Positions 37,691-48,700 of a stretch of 64,000 nucleotides of DNA are shown piece by piece. Location: IMG/VR virus record IMGVR_UViG_3300047666_001531; one strand, given 5' to 3'. Position numbers and translations under genes: made by a program. The notes beneath the pieces were generated by a model. That model did no database searches. It was given only the letters and a program-made list of their open reading frames with translations, and was not told where the DNA came from. Origin of the DNA: a virus (lineage: Duplodnaviria > Heunggongvirae > Uroviricota > Caudoviricetes). Position 1 is the stretch's first letter; the number at the start of each line of letters is the position of its first letter.

Positions 37691-39163
37691 ATGAACACAG
37701 ACAATATACTTGACATAAAATATCAAGAAACAAAAATTTTGAGAGAAACACGCCGCGTATGGTTGGAAGGTGATGAGCTAAATAGAGCTAACTTTGCCAA
37801 GGGCAGTTTTTACACGACAGTATTCGATCTTGATTCACGCACGTTAAAGATTAAGCGTTTACCCGATACTGAAGAAAATAGACTTAAGGCAAAATCACGA
37901 AAAGGTGAAGTTAAAGTTGTTTCTGGCCGTCAAATGAAAGGGTGGGTTAAGCCTATCATCGACGTGTGTAATACAGAAGTGACAGACCTATTTAAAGATG
38001 TATTGCGTTTTCGCGCCATTATTCGTAAAGATGAAATTGAAGTTACCATTCATCATGAAGAAATCAATCGCTTGAATAGAGAAGATTCACTTAAGAAAAA
38101 TGCTACCGATGGTTTTATTACCGAAGGTTCTTCTTTTTCAGGTATCGGTGTTAGTACTCATGCTATTGCTGAAGGTATAGCAAAATCTGGCCTAGAAAGT
38201 CGCGTTGAATATTTAATGGATTTAGAGCAGAAATATCTTGATGTTGCTCGAATCAACAATAAAGAAAAGTTTGCTAATGCGAAGTTTATTACCGGTAGTA
38301 TTGAAGAGATTGAGCCTAGCTTATTAGAGCCGGTGAATGTTTATTCATTCTCGATGCCTTGTACTAATCACAGTAATCATGGTAAGGCGAAAAAAGGTCT
38401 TGATAAGGCAGAGGATTCATCAGAGGCGACAGCGCTTTTTGGTACGCTAAACATGATAAAGGCGTTTAATCCTGCGATATTGGTTTCTGAAAACGTACCA
38501 ACAGCTAAAGGCTCTGCGTCATACATGATGCTTATAAGTGAGCTTAAAAGATTAGGGTATAATGTGTTTGAGTCGATCCTTGATAAAACACATGGTAAGT
38601 GCCTTGAAGCGAGAAAGCGCTACTGGTTTATTGCTGTGAGCAAAGGTATTGGCGAAATCAATTTTGACGACTTTGAAGTGCCAGAGCAAAAGTTCAAAAC
38701 GGTAGGTGACGCAATGGAAGATATCCCTGAGTCTCATGAAAGATTTAGACCTTTGGATAAGTTGCTTATCAGAGAAGAGAAAAACAAGGCAGCTGGTCGT
38801 AAATTCAGCCTAAACCTTGTAAAGCCTGAAGATGATTCGGTATCAACAATTGTAAGGTTGTACCACAAACATCAAGTGGCCAATCCGCATATTTCTTTGG
38901 ATGATAAAAATTATCGCTTATTCACTAAAGTTGAACATGCAAGAATGAAAGAAATCCCAGAACATTTTGTCGCTGATATATCTGACACTTTAGCCCATGA
39001 AGGTTGTGGTCAGTCGATAGTTTATAAGCATGGTTTAGGTTGCGGTAAATTGGTTGGCGATTTGGTTTGTAAGTTTGCAAGCGTGAGCAATGAACCACTT
39101 ATGCTAGATAGCACGATGGTGGGGCAAAACTATAGTTTGTTTCTAACTGAAGATTTGGCCTAG
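37691..39163 (+). CDS. C5-cytosine DNA methyltransferase with N-terminal extra domain (orphan)
   Basis: SFSGIGV (motif I), SMPCTNHS (IV), SENV (VI), EARKRYW (VIII), GCGQS; promoter TTGACA 37633 with operator. Confidence 0.85.
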   Translation: MNTDNILDIKYQETKILRETRRVWLEGDELNRANFAKGSFYTTVFDLDSRTLKIKRLPDTEENRLKAKSRKGEVKVVSGRQMKGWVKPIIDVCNTEVTDLFKDVLRFRAIIRKDEIEVTIHHEEINRLNREDSLKKNATDGFITEGSSFSGIGVSTHAIAEGIAKSGLESRVEYLMDLEQKYLDVARINNKEKFANAKFITGSIEEIEPSLLEPVNVYSFSMPCTNHSNHGKAKKGLDKAEDSSEATALFGTLNMIKAFNPAILVSENVPTAKGSASYMMLISELKRLGYNVFESILDKTHGKCLEARKRYWFIAVSKGIGEINFDDFEVPEQKFKTVGDAMEDIPESHERFRPLDKLLIREEKNKAAGRKFSLNLVKPEDDSVSTIVRLYHKHQVANPHISLDDKNYRLFTKVEHARMKEIPEHFVADISDTLAHEGCGQSIVYKHGLGCGKLVGDLVCKFASVSNEPLMLDSTMVGQNYSLFLTEDLA

Positions 39164-39273
39164 GGAATTAACGGAAACCACCGCTAAACAATAAGGGGCG
39201 ATAGTTCCTTATTGTTTATTATGTTATTGCAGGACAGGAGATACACCAGTGAATTATTTTCAAAACATGCAGT

Positions 39274-39507
39274 ATGAATTGTGCAAGTTTGGGTTGTCTG
39301 GAAATACCCAGAAAAACAATCAAGCTTGGGAAAACAAAAAAGCAAAGGCGGTCAGAAAAATTACGCCAAGAGGCAAAGCGTTCACGAGAATGGATGCTTT
39401 ACACAAAAACATCTGGCGAGTTTTATAACATTGTTTTCCCAAAGGACAACGGCTATATCTGTGCTAACATACCAATAAATTTAGGCTCTAAAGGAATAGA
39501 TGAATGA
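39274..39507 (+). CDS. Hypothetical protein
   Basis: 77 aa, stop overlaps next start (ATGA). Confidence 0.4.
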   Translation: MNCASLGCLEIPRKTIKLGKTKKQRRSEKLRQEAKRSREWMLYTKTSGEFYNIVFPKDNGYICANIPINLGSKGIDE

Positions 39508-40067
39508 AAAAACTTTTTATAAGCGCAGCAATACCTGTATTAATTTTCGCTTCGTTCGCGATAAAAGCTCAGGGTAGTGTTGATTTTGAACAGATCCGTG
39601 AAGCTGGTTTAAGAACTGCTATTGTTAATGCTGTTCCTATTGAAGGTAGTATTATCGGTGAAGTTTTTAATGGTAATTTTTTTAGCACGTCAATCGATGC
39701 TAATGGAAAAACATTAGAACTTGCTTTGGTGCACGAGTACGAAGGTGTGATCAGAAGCTACGGTCTTTCAAAAGAGGCATCAAGCCGTTCTGCTGTTATC
39801 GACTTTATCAAAGATGATTTTGTTTTGGGACTTGAGAAAGACGATCCTAAAGCGAAAGAAATGTTGCAAGCGCTTCGTTTAGTACACCGCGTAGATAATG
39901 TGTTCCCACATGTCGTTAAGCGCAACGGCGCTGACATCTGGACGTTAGCCATAGGTGAAGCTAAAGACGGTATGTATGAGGGGTTCAGGGTGCGTATAAA
40001 CGCAGAGATGAAACCTGTTGATATTCAGCATAGCAGAGAAATCCCAAGAGGGGAGTTAGTCGAATGA
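39504..40067 (+). CDS. Secreted hypothetical protein
   Basis: 187 aa, signal peptide ending IKA. Confidence 0.7.
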   Translation: MKKLFISAAIPVLIFASFAIKAQGSVDFEQIREAGLRTAIVNAVPIEGSIIGEVFNGNFFSTSIDANGKTLELALVHEYEGVIRSYGLSKEASSRSAVIDFIKDDFVLGLEKDDPKAKEMLQALRLVHRVDNVFPHVVKRNGADIWTLAIGEAKDGMYEGFRVRINAEMKPVDIQHSREIPRGELVE

Positions 40068-40321
40068 TCGCCGAAGTTGTAGTTTTTAGTCGTGAAGGTT
40101 GTGGTTTTTGTGTAAAAGCAAAAGACTTGTTATTGAAAAAAAAGTTAGCCCATAGCATTGTGTCACTTGAAGATGATTATGGTAGCAATAAATTTGATTT
40201 TCGCGCCGCTATTGAAGATCGCATTCCAAGTGGAACCGAGTTTTCAACACTGCCACAAATATTTATAGGTGAGCAGTATGTAGGTGGTTATACCGAATTA
40301 GTTAAAATCATCGGTGAATAA
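40064..40321 (+). CDS. Glutaredoxin
   Basis: CGFC active site; TLPQIFIGEQYVGGYTEL. Confidence 0.92.
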   Translation: MIAEVVVFSREGCGFCVKAKDLLLKKKLAHSIVSLEDDYGSNKFDFRAAIEDRIPSGTEFSTLPQIFIGEQYVGGYTELVKIIGE

Positions 40322-40394
40322 TCTTTAACATAATTTCATAATGATAACCCTTGGTTTAACCGTTAAGGGTTGTCAATATTAGCTATTAGCTGCT

Positions 40395-40760
40395 TTAAAC
40401 GCTTATTAGCGCTAACACCCAATCACTGACCGCTTTTCTGAGATAATTAGCTTCGTCGATGTTCAATGTATATGTTGCAACAGGATCACCAAAAGGGCTT
40501 TCATCATAAAGCTGAAGCTCTGTGATGTCATCACGAACAGTGAGTTGAATGCACGCGCCTTGTGCTAAAGAAATAGTGTCACTATCAAAGCTTAAATTGA
40601 ACAAGGGTGTCCCTGTAGTGCAAATAATACTCAGTTTTTTGCCAGCAAACACTGACGATATATCATTTATTATCAAGTCAGATTTTAGCGCAGGATTATC
40701 GACACTCAGTGTAAGCGTAACATCTTGGCTGGCGGCGTTTCTTTCTACAAATAAATTCAT
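40395..40760 (-). CDS. Hypothetical protein
   Basis: 121 aa ORF. Confidence 0.65.
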   Translation of the reverse strand: MNLFVERNAASQDVTLTLSVDNPALKSDLIINDISSVFAGKKLSIICTTGTPLFNLSFDSDTISLAQGACIQLTVRDDITELQLYDESPFGDPVATYTLNIDEANYLRKAVSDWVLALISV

Positions 40761-40851
40761 TTTTGATCCTGCAATACGCGTTATAGCGTTCTAAACATTA
40801 ATACATGGGTTATGATGACCAAACCACAAAGCAAAAAACGGAATTAACTAT

Positions 40852-41523
40852 ATGTTAAAAGCAGTGATGTTGATGATCATGATGATTTCGCTAACAAGTA
40901 AAGCAGAAGTAGTTATCGAACTCAACGGCTTTTATCATAATGAAAGTGACCTTAATTTGTCAATAAAAAATAAAGTTTTATTTGATATAGCTTTGGCTAA
41001 TCGCGTTTTACGAGCGCATAACATAGATGGTTATAGGTTTAAGTTAGGTGGGTGGGTGTCCATTAAGCTAAAGCGAGAGCGTTTTTACCGTGAATCGCTT
41101 GATGGTGAAGCTCACATGGCCTATGTTACTATAAAGTCTAAAGATAGGGGTGTGAGGCGTTTAGATTTCTATGTGAGAGGGTACTTTCCATCTATTGATG
41201 GTGATGTAAGAGGTGTAGCTGTACAAGGCGGGGAGTTCTTTGCCTTTACTTATCAAGATAGCACCAAACAATACTATACGTTTTTGCATGAGCTTTTTCA
41301 TATGATAGGTTTGGGTGAATCATCATTGACGTATGCTAAGCCCTATGCGTGTGGTTCAAAGGTGACTTTGATGGATGAAAGGTATCTGCCTAAGGAAAGC
41401 AAATCATTTTATCTTTCCGATCCGAATGTTACTGTGAATGGTCAACGATGTGGGCACGAAATTCATTATGATAATGCGAGAAGACTACGTGAGCTGTTAG
41501 TAGAAAGATTTGGTAAAAGCTAA
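40852..41523 (+). CDS. Secreted zinc metallopeptidase-like protein
   Basis: Signal peptide; TFLHELFHMIGLGE; downstream Met-turn-like TLM. Confidence 0.7.
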   Translation: MLKAVMLMIMMISLTSKAEVVIELNGFYHNESDLNLSIKNKVLFDIALANRVLRAHNIDGYRFKLGGWVSIKLKRERFYRESLDGEAHMAYVTIKSKDRGVRRLDFYVRGYFPSIDGDVRGVAVQGGEFFAFTYQDSTKQYYTFLHELFHMIGLGESSLTYAKPYACGSKVTLMDERYLPKESKSFYLSDPNVTVNGQRCGHEIHYDNARRLRELLVERFGKS

Positions 41524-41641
41524 TGACTAGACTTCCTTAAGATGTTATCATATTGAAATAAAATGAAAGGGAAAACAACTTTGGTGTTATTGCCTCAGGG
41601 TAATAACGAGATGTATCCATAATTAACTACTGAGATTTAAG

Positions 41642-42049
41642 ATGAAGAACAAAGAAGAATTGTTTGAGCAAATAAAAAAACGTTCTATTCCGCTAGAAAA
41701 TGTTGATGATTTGCTTTTTGGTCAGCTATTATTAACCGGACTGTCTAATGGTGTCTTTTATAGCTTTGATAGTGCAGTGGGTTTTGTTTGTCAGGTGAGG
41801 AAGTGTGCTGATACCAATGGTGGTGATGTGTTACTTCTTAGGCACCCAGATGAAAGTCTTGTGTGCTATTTAAACCAAGGTTTTTTTGTTGTCCCTCATG
41901 ATTTAGCTGTTCATGCATTACAACATTTCAATCGAGGTGTAGAGACAGAGATGGTTGAGAACCCAGATCTTGATTACACAATAGGTGAACATCTCAATGA
42001 AAAAGGGTTTATTGTTCCAGAAAGAGAAAAAATAAAAATAGATAATTAA
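41642..42049 (+). CDS. Hypothetical protein
   Basis: 135 aa ORF. Confidence 0.65.
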   Translation: MKNKEELFEQIKKRSIPLENVDDLLFGQLLLTGLSNGVFYSFDSAVGFVCQVRKCADTNGGDVLLLRHPDESLVCYLNQGFFVVPHDLAVHALQHFNRGVETEMVENPDLDYTIGEHLNEKGFIVPEREKIKIDN

Positions 42050-42094
42050 ATAATGCATCCAACTGTTTTTTGACACTTTTATTATCTTGCATTT

Positions 42095-45000
42095 GTGGCT
42101 GATTTATATGGCGTGGCCACAGCTCAAGCATCTGAACAAACAGAACAGTATTATTTTAAGCCTTTGGGTGTAACACCGCTCAGTAAGTTGGTTATGCCAA
42201 ACTGGGAGGTTTCGAATAAAACCTATACAGAATGGGAGAACGAGGGTGATGTTTATAACTGTTCAGCTTGGACGCCACCTGAAAATGTCGTTAATCTTGA
42301 TGAAGAGTTCACTCAAAGCCGTGAATGCTCTCAGAAACAATCCCGCTATCGCACACATAAAAAGTGGTCAGAACGCCTAAAAAAAGAGCGTAAAGAGGGA
42401 CCTTTTTATGAAAGCAGAGTTATCAATATTGAAGAAACCCAAGATTCAGTAGGTACCCGAGATTATATTACCGGTGAACGTGCAGATGCTTATCCTAATT
42501 GGTCTAAGGTAGGTGGTTTTTATGGGTGTGGTGATTGGTCACCAGATCCATCTGAAGTTAACTATGGTGCAACATTTACTCAATCGAGAGACTGTTCTTG
42601 GGATGAAGATCGTCAACGTGATGTTTTTGATACGTGGCAGTCTGGTCGTGAAACATATAGCCGAACAGACTCTGAAGAAAGAACCGTACCTTATGCTGAT
42701 TCACGCGAATCTACTGGTACGTATCGCGATTGGCAACCTACGTCATCGACTTATACAGTTTGGGGAGATGTGGATGCAGATTATGGGCATGGTTCATGGT
42801 CACCAGCGCCAAGCACTCAACCATCAGATTTTATTCAGTCACGTGAGTATAAACGTGATCAAGAACGATATGAGCAAAAGCGCGAACAAGATCAGGTAAC
42901 GGAAGATTACCGTAATGTGGGTTCGCCTGTGTTGCACAACCAAACTGTAGATCGAAGTGAAGATAGGAACGTTGCTGTTAACTATACTTTATGGGAAGAA
43001 ATCGAACGAAGCGATTATACACCATGGTCGCCAGCGCCATCTAGTCAAACCACATCGTTTACTCAAACTCGAAACTACGCATTCACAGAAGAGCGTGAAC
43101 GTTTTTATACAACTGCCGGCGAAGGTGAGTTGTTAAGAGTGACAGAAAGAAGCGAACCGGTAGAACAAAGCGAATCTCGCCCTGTTACCGTAGCATACAC
43201 GCCGTGGACAGAAACGGGAGAAAACTATGATTGCAGCACCTGGTCACCGGCTAGAGACAGTGTAGGTGTTGGTGAGTCTTATATGCAAGCTCGTTCATGT
43301 AAGCAAGATGAAATTCGTGACCGTGTTTACACTAATGAGTCTACTGAGTTAAATCGTGTAGAAGAAAGTCGTATATTAACCCCAATACAAACTCGTGAAC
43401 AAACCGGCGAAGGAAGTTGGGAGAAACACCCGTCAGCTTTCTCTGATTGGGAAAATGAAGGTTCACGTTACGAATATACTCCTTGGACTCCTGCATCTTC
43501 TGAACAAAAATCTGATTTCTCTCAAAGTCGTGGCTTCAAGCAAAATGAAACACGATATGAGCAAGGACGTGAACGTGATGTCCATTCTGGTACTATCAGA
43601 GATGAAGGTGAGCCTATCAAGCATGATCGTACTGTCGCTGGTCAAGAAAGTCGAAGTGTTGTGGTTAACTTAGGTAGTTGGTCGAATACTGCTCGCAGTT
43701 CAGAAACATCATGGTCACCGGCCGCGTCAACTCAAACAAGTGATTTTACGCAATCGATGGGTTATACGCAGCATCAAACGCGCACAGTGGTGCACAATGC
43801 ACCATCAGAGGTGCACCGTTTTACAGATTCGCAAGCATTAGCAAACCAAACTGACACTCGTGCTGTTTCAGTTTCTTTTGGCGCATGGGAAAACAGTGGC
43901 GCAATTAAGGACTGTGGTGGTTGGAGTCCTGCTGAGAACACTGTAGCGTATAATGAATCTTATACTCAAACACGCGAGTGTGATCAAGGTCAAGTTAGAG
44001 ATCGAGTTTACAAAGCTGATGGTAATGCGCTTAAGACTTTTGTTGAGAGTCGCACAGTTAAAGTAAATGATACTCAAAATGCTACAGGTACAGGTAACTG
44101 GGTGGCGCATGCTTCAACGTTTACCTCGTGGGTGGATGATGGTGGTCGTCATACGTATAGTGCTTATACGCCAGCGCCTGCTAATCAAACAAGTAACTAC
44201 ACTCAAAGCAGAAGCTACAAGCAAAATCAAGCCCGAAATGAGCAAAAACGTGAGCGTGATACTATCGGTGGTTCAATCCGTAATGTTGGCTCTCCAATTC
44301 CTCGTTCACAAACGATTGACGGTAGTGAGTCTCGTACTGTTTCAGTAACAGCAAGTGATTGGGCAAATGGCGCTACAAGTGGTCATAGTGCATGGTCACC
44401 GGCACCAACAACCCAAACAAGCAATTACACGCGCAGTCGCACTTATAACCAAGCGCAAAGTCGTGTTTGGACGCATAAAGTAGGTACTAGCAGTATTCAT
44501 ACGCGCAATGAATCACGTACATTGTCTAACCAAACTCAATCTCAAACGGTTGTGGTTTCATGGACAAGTTGGGTGAACAATGGTGCAATGGTATCGTGTG
44601 GTGATTGGACGCCAGCGCCGAATACGGTAGCGTACAACCAAAGCTATACGCAAACTAGAAGCTGTCAACAACCTCAAAAACGGGATCGTGTTTATAAGGT
44701 TGGCTCAACGACAATTGGTTCAGCAGCAGAGACGCGTAACACTTCTGCCAGTCAGACGCAAAATGCTACTGGTACAGGTAATTGGGTGGCACATACCTCT
44801 ACATTTACTTCGTGGGTAAATGAAGGTGCTGGTTATGCTTATGGGTCGTATAGTCCTGAAGCGACAAATCAGACCTCAAACTTTTGGCAGTCTAGAAGCT
44901 ATAAGCAAAATCAGACTAGAAATGAGCAGAAGCGCGAGCGTGATACCATTGGTGGGTCTGTTCGTAACGTAGGCGCACCAATAGCTAGATCTAAGACGGT

Positions 45001-45637
45001 CGATAGTGAAGATGCTCGTTTAGTTACAGTTACTAGGGGTTACTGGGAAGTCGTGGGTGATGCGATATCTTGTACGGAGCCTAGCCCTGCATTTGGCGAA
45101 CAGAAAAGCAGCTATACGCAAAGTCAAACTTGTGATTACAACGAAGAACGTGTTTACAGTTACAGTGTCGGCGGTGAATATGTTGAAAAACAGGTTACTC
45201 CTAAATATGGCAGCTGGTCGGTTTCAGTGTCCGGTGTAGCGGGTTCTAAGTACGAAGAGTTTGATCATGGTGCATGGTCGCCAAGTATTGACGAGAGTTG
45301 GTATAGTTTTAACCAGTTCCAGAGTTATTCTGCTCATCAGTACTCGAAATATACTCATAAGATAGGTGGCGAGATTGTTTTTGAGAATGAGTTTATAACT
45401 CATACGTATGAAGGTGATCGAACTAAAAAGAGATGGCTGGATGTAACTACTCCTGATGGTTGGGTTGATGATGAGTCACGCGAAAGGGTTTGTGGTGAAT
45501 GGAATGAACAATACAACATCCGTGACTGTACTCAGCCAACCAAGATGACGCATTACTATCGCGACAGAGCGAAACCAGATGTGTTAATTGGTGTTCGTGA
45601 TAGACTTAGCTCTAGAAGTGTTAGGGAAACAAGATAG
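42095..45637 (+). CDS. Giant Trp/Cys/Thr-rich repeat protein (thrombospondin-type-1-like repeats), copy 1; signal peptide damaged
   Basis: 1180 aa of W..W....C..WSP...TQ.R.C.Q...R.R units; paralog of the downstream gene. Confidence 0.75.
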   Translation: MADLYGVATAQASEQTEQYYFKPLGVTPLSKLVMPNWEVSNKTYTEWENEGDVYNCSAWTPPENVVNLDEEFTQSRECSQKQSRYRTHKKWSERLKKERKEGPFYESRVINIEETQDSVGTRDYITGERADAYPNWSKVGGFYGCGDWSPDPSEVNYGATFTQSRDCSWDEDRQRDVFDTWQSGRETYSRTDSEERTVPYADSRESTGTYRDWQPTSSTYTVWGDVDADYGHGSWSPAPSTQPSDFIQSREYKRDQERYEQKREQDQVTEDYRNVGSPVLHNQTVDRSEDRNVAVNYTLWEEIERSDYTPWSPAPSSQTTSFTQTRNYAFTEERERFYTTAGEGELLRVTERSEPVEQSESRPVTVAYTPWTETGENYDCSTWSPARDSVGVGESYMQARSCKQDEIRDRVYTNESTELNRVEESRILTPIQTREQTGEGSWEKHPSAFSDWENEGSRYEYTPWTPASSEQKSDFSQSRGFKQNETRYEQGRERDVHSGTIRDEGEPIKHDRTVAGQESRSVVVNLGSWSNTARSSETSWSPAASTQTSDFTQSMGYTQHQTRTVVHNAPSEVHRFTDSQALANQTDTRAVSVSFGAWENSGAIKDCGGWSPAENTVAYNESYTQTRECDQGQVRDRVYKADGNALKTFVESRTVKVNDTQNATGTGNWVAHASTFTSWVDDGGRHTYSAYTPAPANQTSNYTQSRSYKQNQARNEQKRERDTIGGSIRNVGSPIPRSQTIDGSESRTVSVTASDWANGATSGHSAWSPAPTTQTSNYTRSRTYNQAQSRVWTHKVGTSSIHTRNESRTLSNQTQSQTVVVSWTSWVNNGAMVSCGDWTPAPNTVAYNQSYTQTRSCQQPQKRDRVYKVGSTTIGSAAETRNTSASQTQNATGTGNWVAHTSTFTSWVNEGAGYAYGSYSPEATNQTSNFWQSRSYKQNQTRNEQKRERDTIGGSVRNVGAPIARSKTVDSEDARLVTVTRGYWEVVGDAISCTEPSPAFGEQKSSYTQSQTCDYNEERVYSYSVGGEYVEKQVTPKYGSWSVSVSGVAGSKYEEFDHGAWSPSIDESWYSFNQFQSYSAHQYSKYTHKIGGEIVFENEFITHTYEGDRTKKRWLDVTTPDGWVDDESRERVCGEWNEQYNIRDCTQPTKMTHYYRDRAKPDVLIGVRDRLSSRSVRETR

Positions 45638-45650
45638 TGTAGCTAAATAT

Positions 45651-45677
45651 AAAAAGGCGGGTTTCCCCGCCTTTTTT
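45651..45677 (+). terminator. Intrinsic terminator
   Basis: AAAAAGGCGGG-TTT-CCCCGCCTTTTTT. Confidence 0.88.
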
Positions 45678-45763
45678 GTATTTAATTGTTCGTGGTGATG
45701 GATATTTACTCTTTTGTGATAAGTTTGTTTATGTGAAAAACAATTTAGCAAAGGAATGCTGTC

Positions 45764-48700
45764 ATGCTGACAAAAAAACTCACCTTAGGAATAATGGCTG
45801 CTTTATATGGTGCTGGAACAGCCTATGCAACAGAGCCAACCAACCCATACATATACAAGCCTTTTGGCCTAAAGCCATTAAGTCAGGCAGTTGTGCCGGA
45901 CTGGGAAAAGAAAAACAGTGAGTACACTGCTTGGCAAAACGAAGGTGCTGTTTATAACTGTTCAGCTTGGACACCGCCTGAAAATGTCGTTAATCTAGAT
46001 GAAGAATTTACGCAAAGCCGCGAATGTTCTCAAAGTCAATCTAGAACCCGAACTGATGAAATGTATTCTCAGCGCCTTGATCAAACTCGCTATGAAGGAC
46101 CATTTGGTGAATCAAGAGTTATCACTGTTGAAGAAAGTCAAGATTCAGTAGGTACGCGAGATTATATTACCGGTGAACGTGAAGATGCTTACCCTAATTG
46201 GTCTAAGGTAGGTGGTTTCTACGGTTGTGGAAGTTGGTCACCTGATCCATCTGAAATTAATTATGGCGCAACATTTACTCAAGAGCGAGATTGTTCTTGG
46301 GATGAAGATCGTCAACGAAATGTATTTAATACATGGCAGTCTGGTCGTGAAACGTATAACCGTACTGATTCTGAAGGTAGAACTGTGCCTTATACAGATT
46401 CACGAGAATCTACGGGCACGTATCGTGATTGGCAACCAACGTCATCGACTTATACGGCTTGGGAAGATGTAGGTACAGATCATTCTCATACTTCATGGTC
46501 ACCAGCGCCAAGCACTCAGCCGTCAGATTTCACACAATCACGTGAATATAAGCGTGATCAAGAGCGATATGAACAAAAGCGTGAGCAAGATCAGGTAACC
46601 GATGATTACCGTAATACAGGTTCGCCGGTATTACATGAACAAACGGTAGATCGAAGTGAAGATCGAGATGTTACTGTTGATTATACCTCTTGGGAAGAAG
46701 TGAATCGTAGTGCTTATACGTCATGGTCGCCTGCGCCGACTGTTCAAACAGCATCATACAATCAAACTCGAAATTACACGCTTACAGAAGAACGTGAACG
46801 TTCTTATACTGCTGCGGGTGATGGTGAATTACTAACGGCAACAGAAAGTCGCGATACGGTAGAACAAACAGAATCACGTCCTGTTACTGTGACGTATACG
46901 TCATGGGAAGAAACAGGCACCAATTATGACTGTGGCACCTGGGCACCGGCTAGAGACACTGTAGGTGTTGATGAAGCCTACACTCAAACGCGCTCATGTA
47001 AGCAAGATGAAGTTCGCGATCGTGTTTACACTAATGAATCAACAGAATTAAATCGTGTTGAAGAAGGTCGTACATTAACACCAACCCAAAGCCGTGCACA
47101 AACAGGTGAGGGTAGCTGGGTTACTCATGATTCGACATTTACCAGCTGGGAAAATGAAGGTTCTCGTTACGGTTACACCGCGTGGTCTCCTGTATCTTCT
47201 AATCAAAAATCCGATTTCACTCAAAGTCGTGACTTCAAACAAAATGAAACACGAAATGAGCAAGAGCGTGAACGTGATATTCATTCTGGTACTATTCGAA
47301 ATGTAGGAGAACCTATCAAACGCGACCGCACCGTTTCTGGTGAAGAAAGTCGTAGTGTTGTAGTTAACTTAGGTAGTTGGTCTGATACCACGCGAAGTGC
47401 AGAAACATCATGGTCACCGGCACCGTCTAATCAAACAACTGGTTTTACTCAGTCAATGGGTTATACGCAGCATCAAGCTCGCACAGTGGTGCACAATGCA
47501 CCATCTGAGGTGCACCGCTTTACAGATACGCAAGCGTTAGTAAACCAAACAGACACACGTCCTGTTTCAGTTTCTTTTAGTGAATGGTCAAACAGCGGCG
47601 CAATAAAAAATTGTGGTGGTTGGAGTCCTGCTGAGAACACTGTAGCGTATAATGAATCTTACACTCAAACACGCGAGTGTGATCAAGACCAAGTTAGAAA
47701 TCGTTCTTACCGTGCTGATGGTAGTGTACTTAATACCTTCGTAGAAAACAGAACTGTTAAGGTTAATGACACTCAAAATGCTACAGGTACAGGTAACTGG
47801 GTGGCGCATGCTTCAACGTTTACGTCATGGATAAATAGTGGTGGTCGTCATACTTATAGTAGTTATTCACCAACACCTACTACCCAAACAACTACATTTA
47901 GTCAGTCTAGAAGCTACAAGCAAAACCAGACTAGAAATGAGCAAAAACGCGAACGCGACACTATCGGTGGTTCAATCCGTAATGTTGGCTCTCCAATTGC
48001 TCGCTCACAAACTATCAATGGTAGTGAGTCTAGAAATGTAACTGTTGCTTGGTCTAGCTGGTCAAATAGCGGCGGTAAATACTCATGTGGTGCTTATAAT
48101 AACCCTCATGGAAATCAGACTGCAAGCTACACTCAAACACGCGTTTGTAAGCAAAATCAAACTCGAACACGTACTTATTCATCGGGTGAGAGCTTTAGTG
48201 AATCTAAAGTTATCAACTCAAATGATTCACGTACAGTAACGGTGACTGTTGGTGGTTGGTCGAACACTTCAACATCAGGTCATTCTTCATGGTCGCCTGC
48301 GGCTAGTTCTCAAACGAGTAACTACTCTCAATCAAGAAGCTACACTCAGACACAACGTAGAGTGTGGACGCATAAGGTTGGTAGTACAACGGTTCACACG
48401 CGCAACGAAGATCGTAATTTGACGGGTCAAACTCAGTCTCGTTCAATTACTGTGACCAATGCTGCTGGTGCTTACGGCTCTAACTACGGTTACGGTTCAT
48501 GGTCACCAACACCGACTAGTCAGACTGCAACGTTTACGCAAACACGCGGTTACAAGCGAGATAGAACAAGAACGTATACTCATAAATCGGGTACTACGAC
48601 TATTCACACTCGCGGCGTAACAGAAACCGGTAACTTTAGTCAGTCAAGAAATGTGACGGTGAGTTGGTCTAGCTGGGCAAATAGTGGTGCTAAGTATTCA

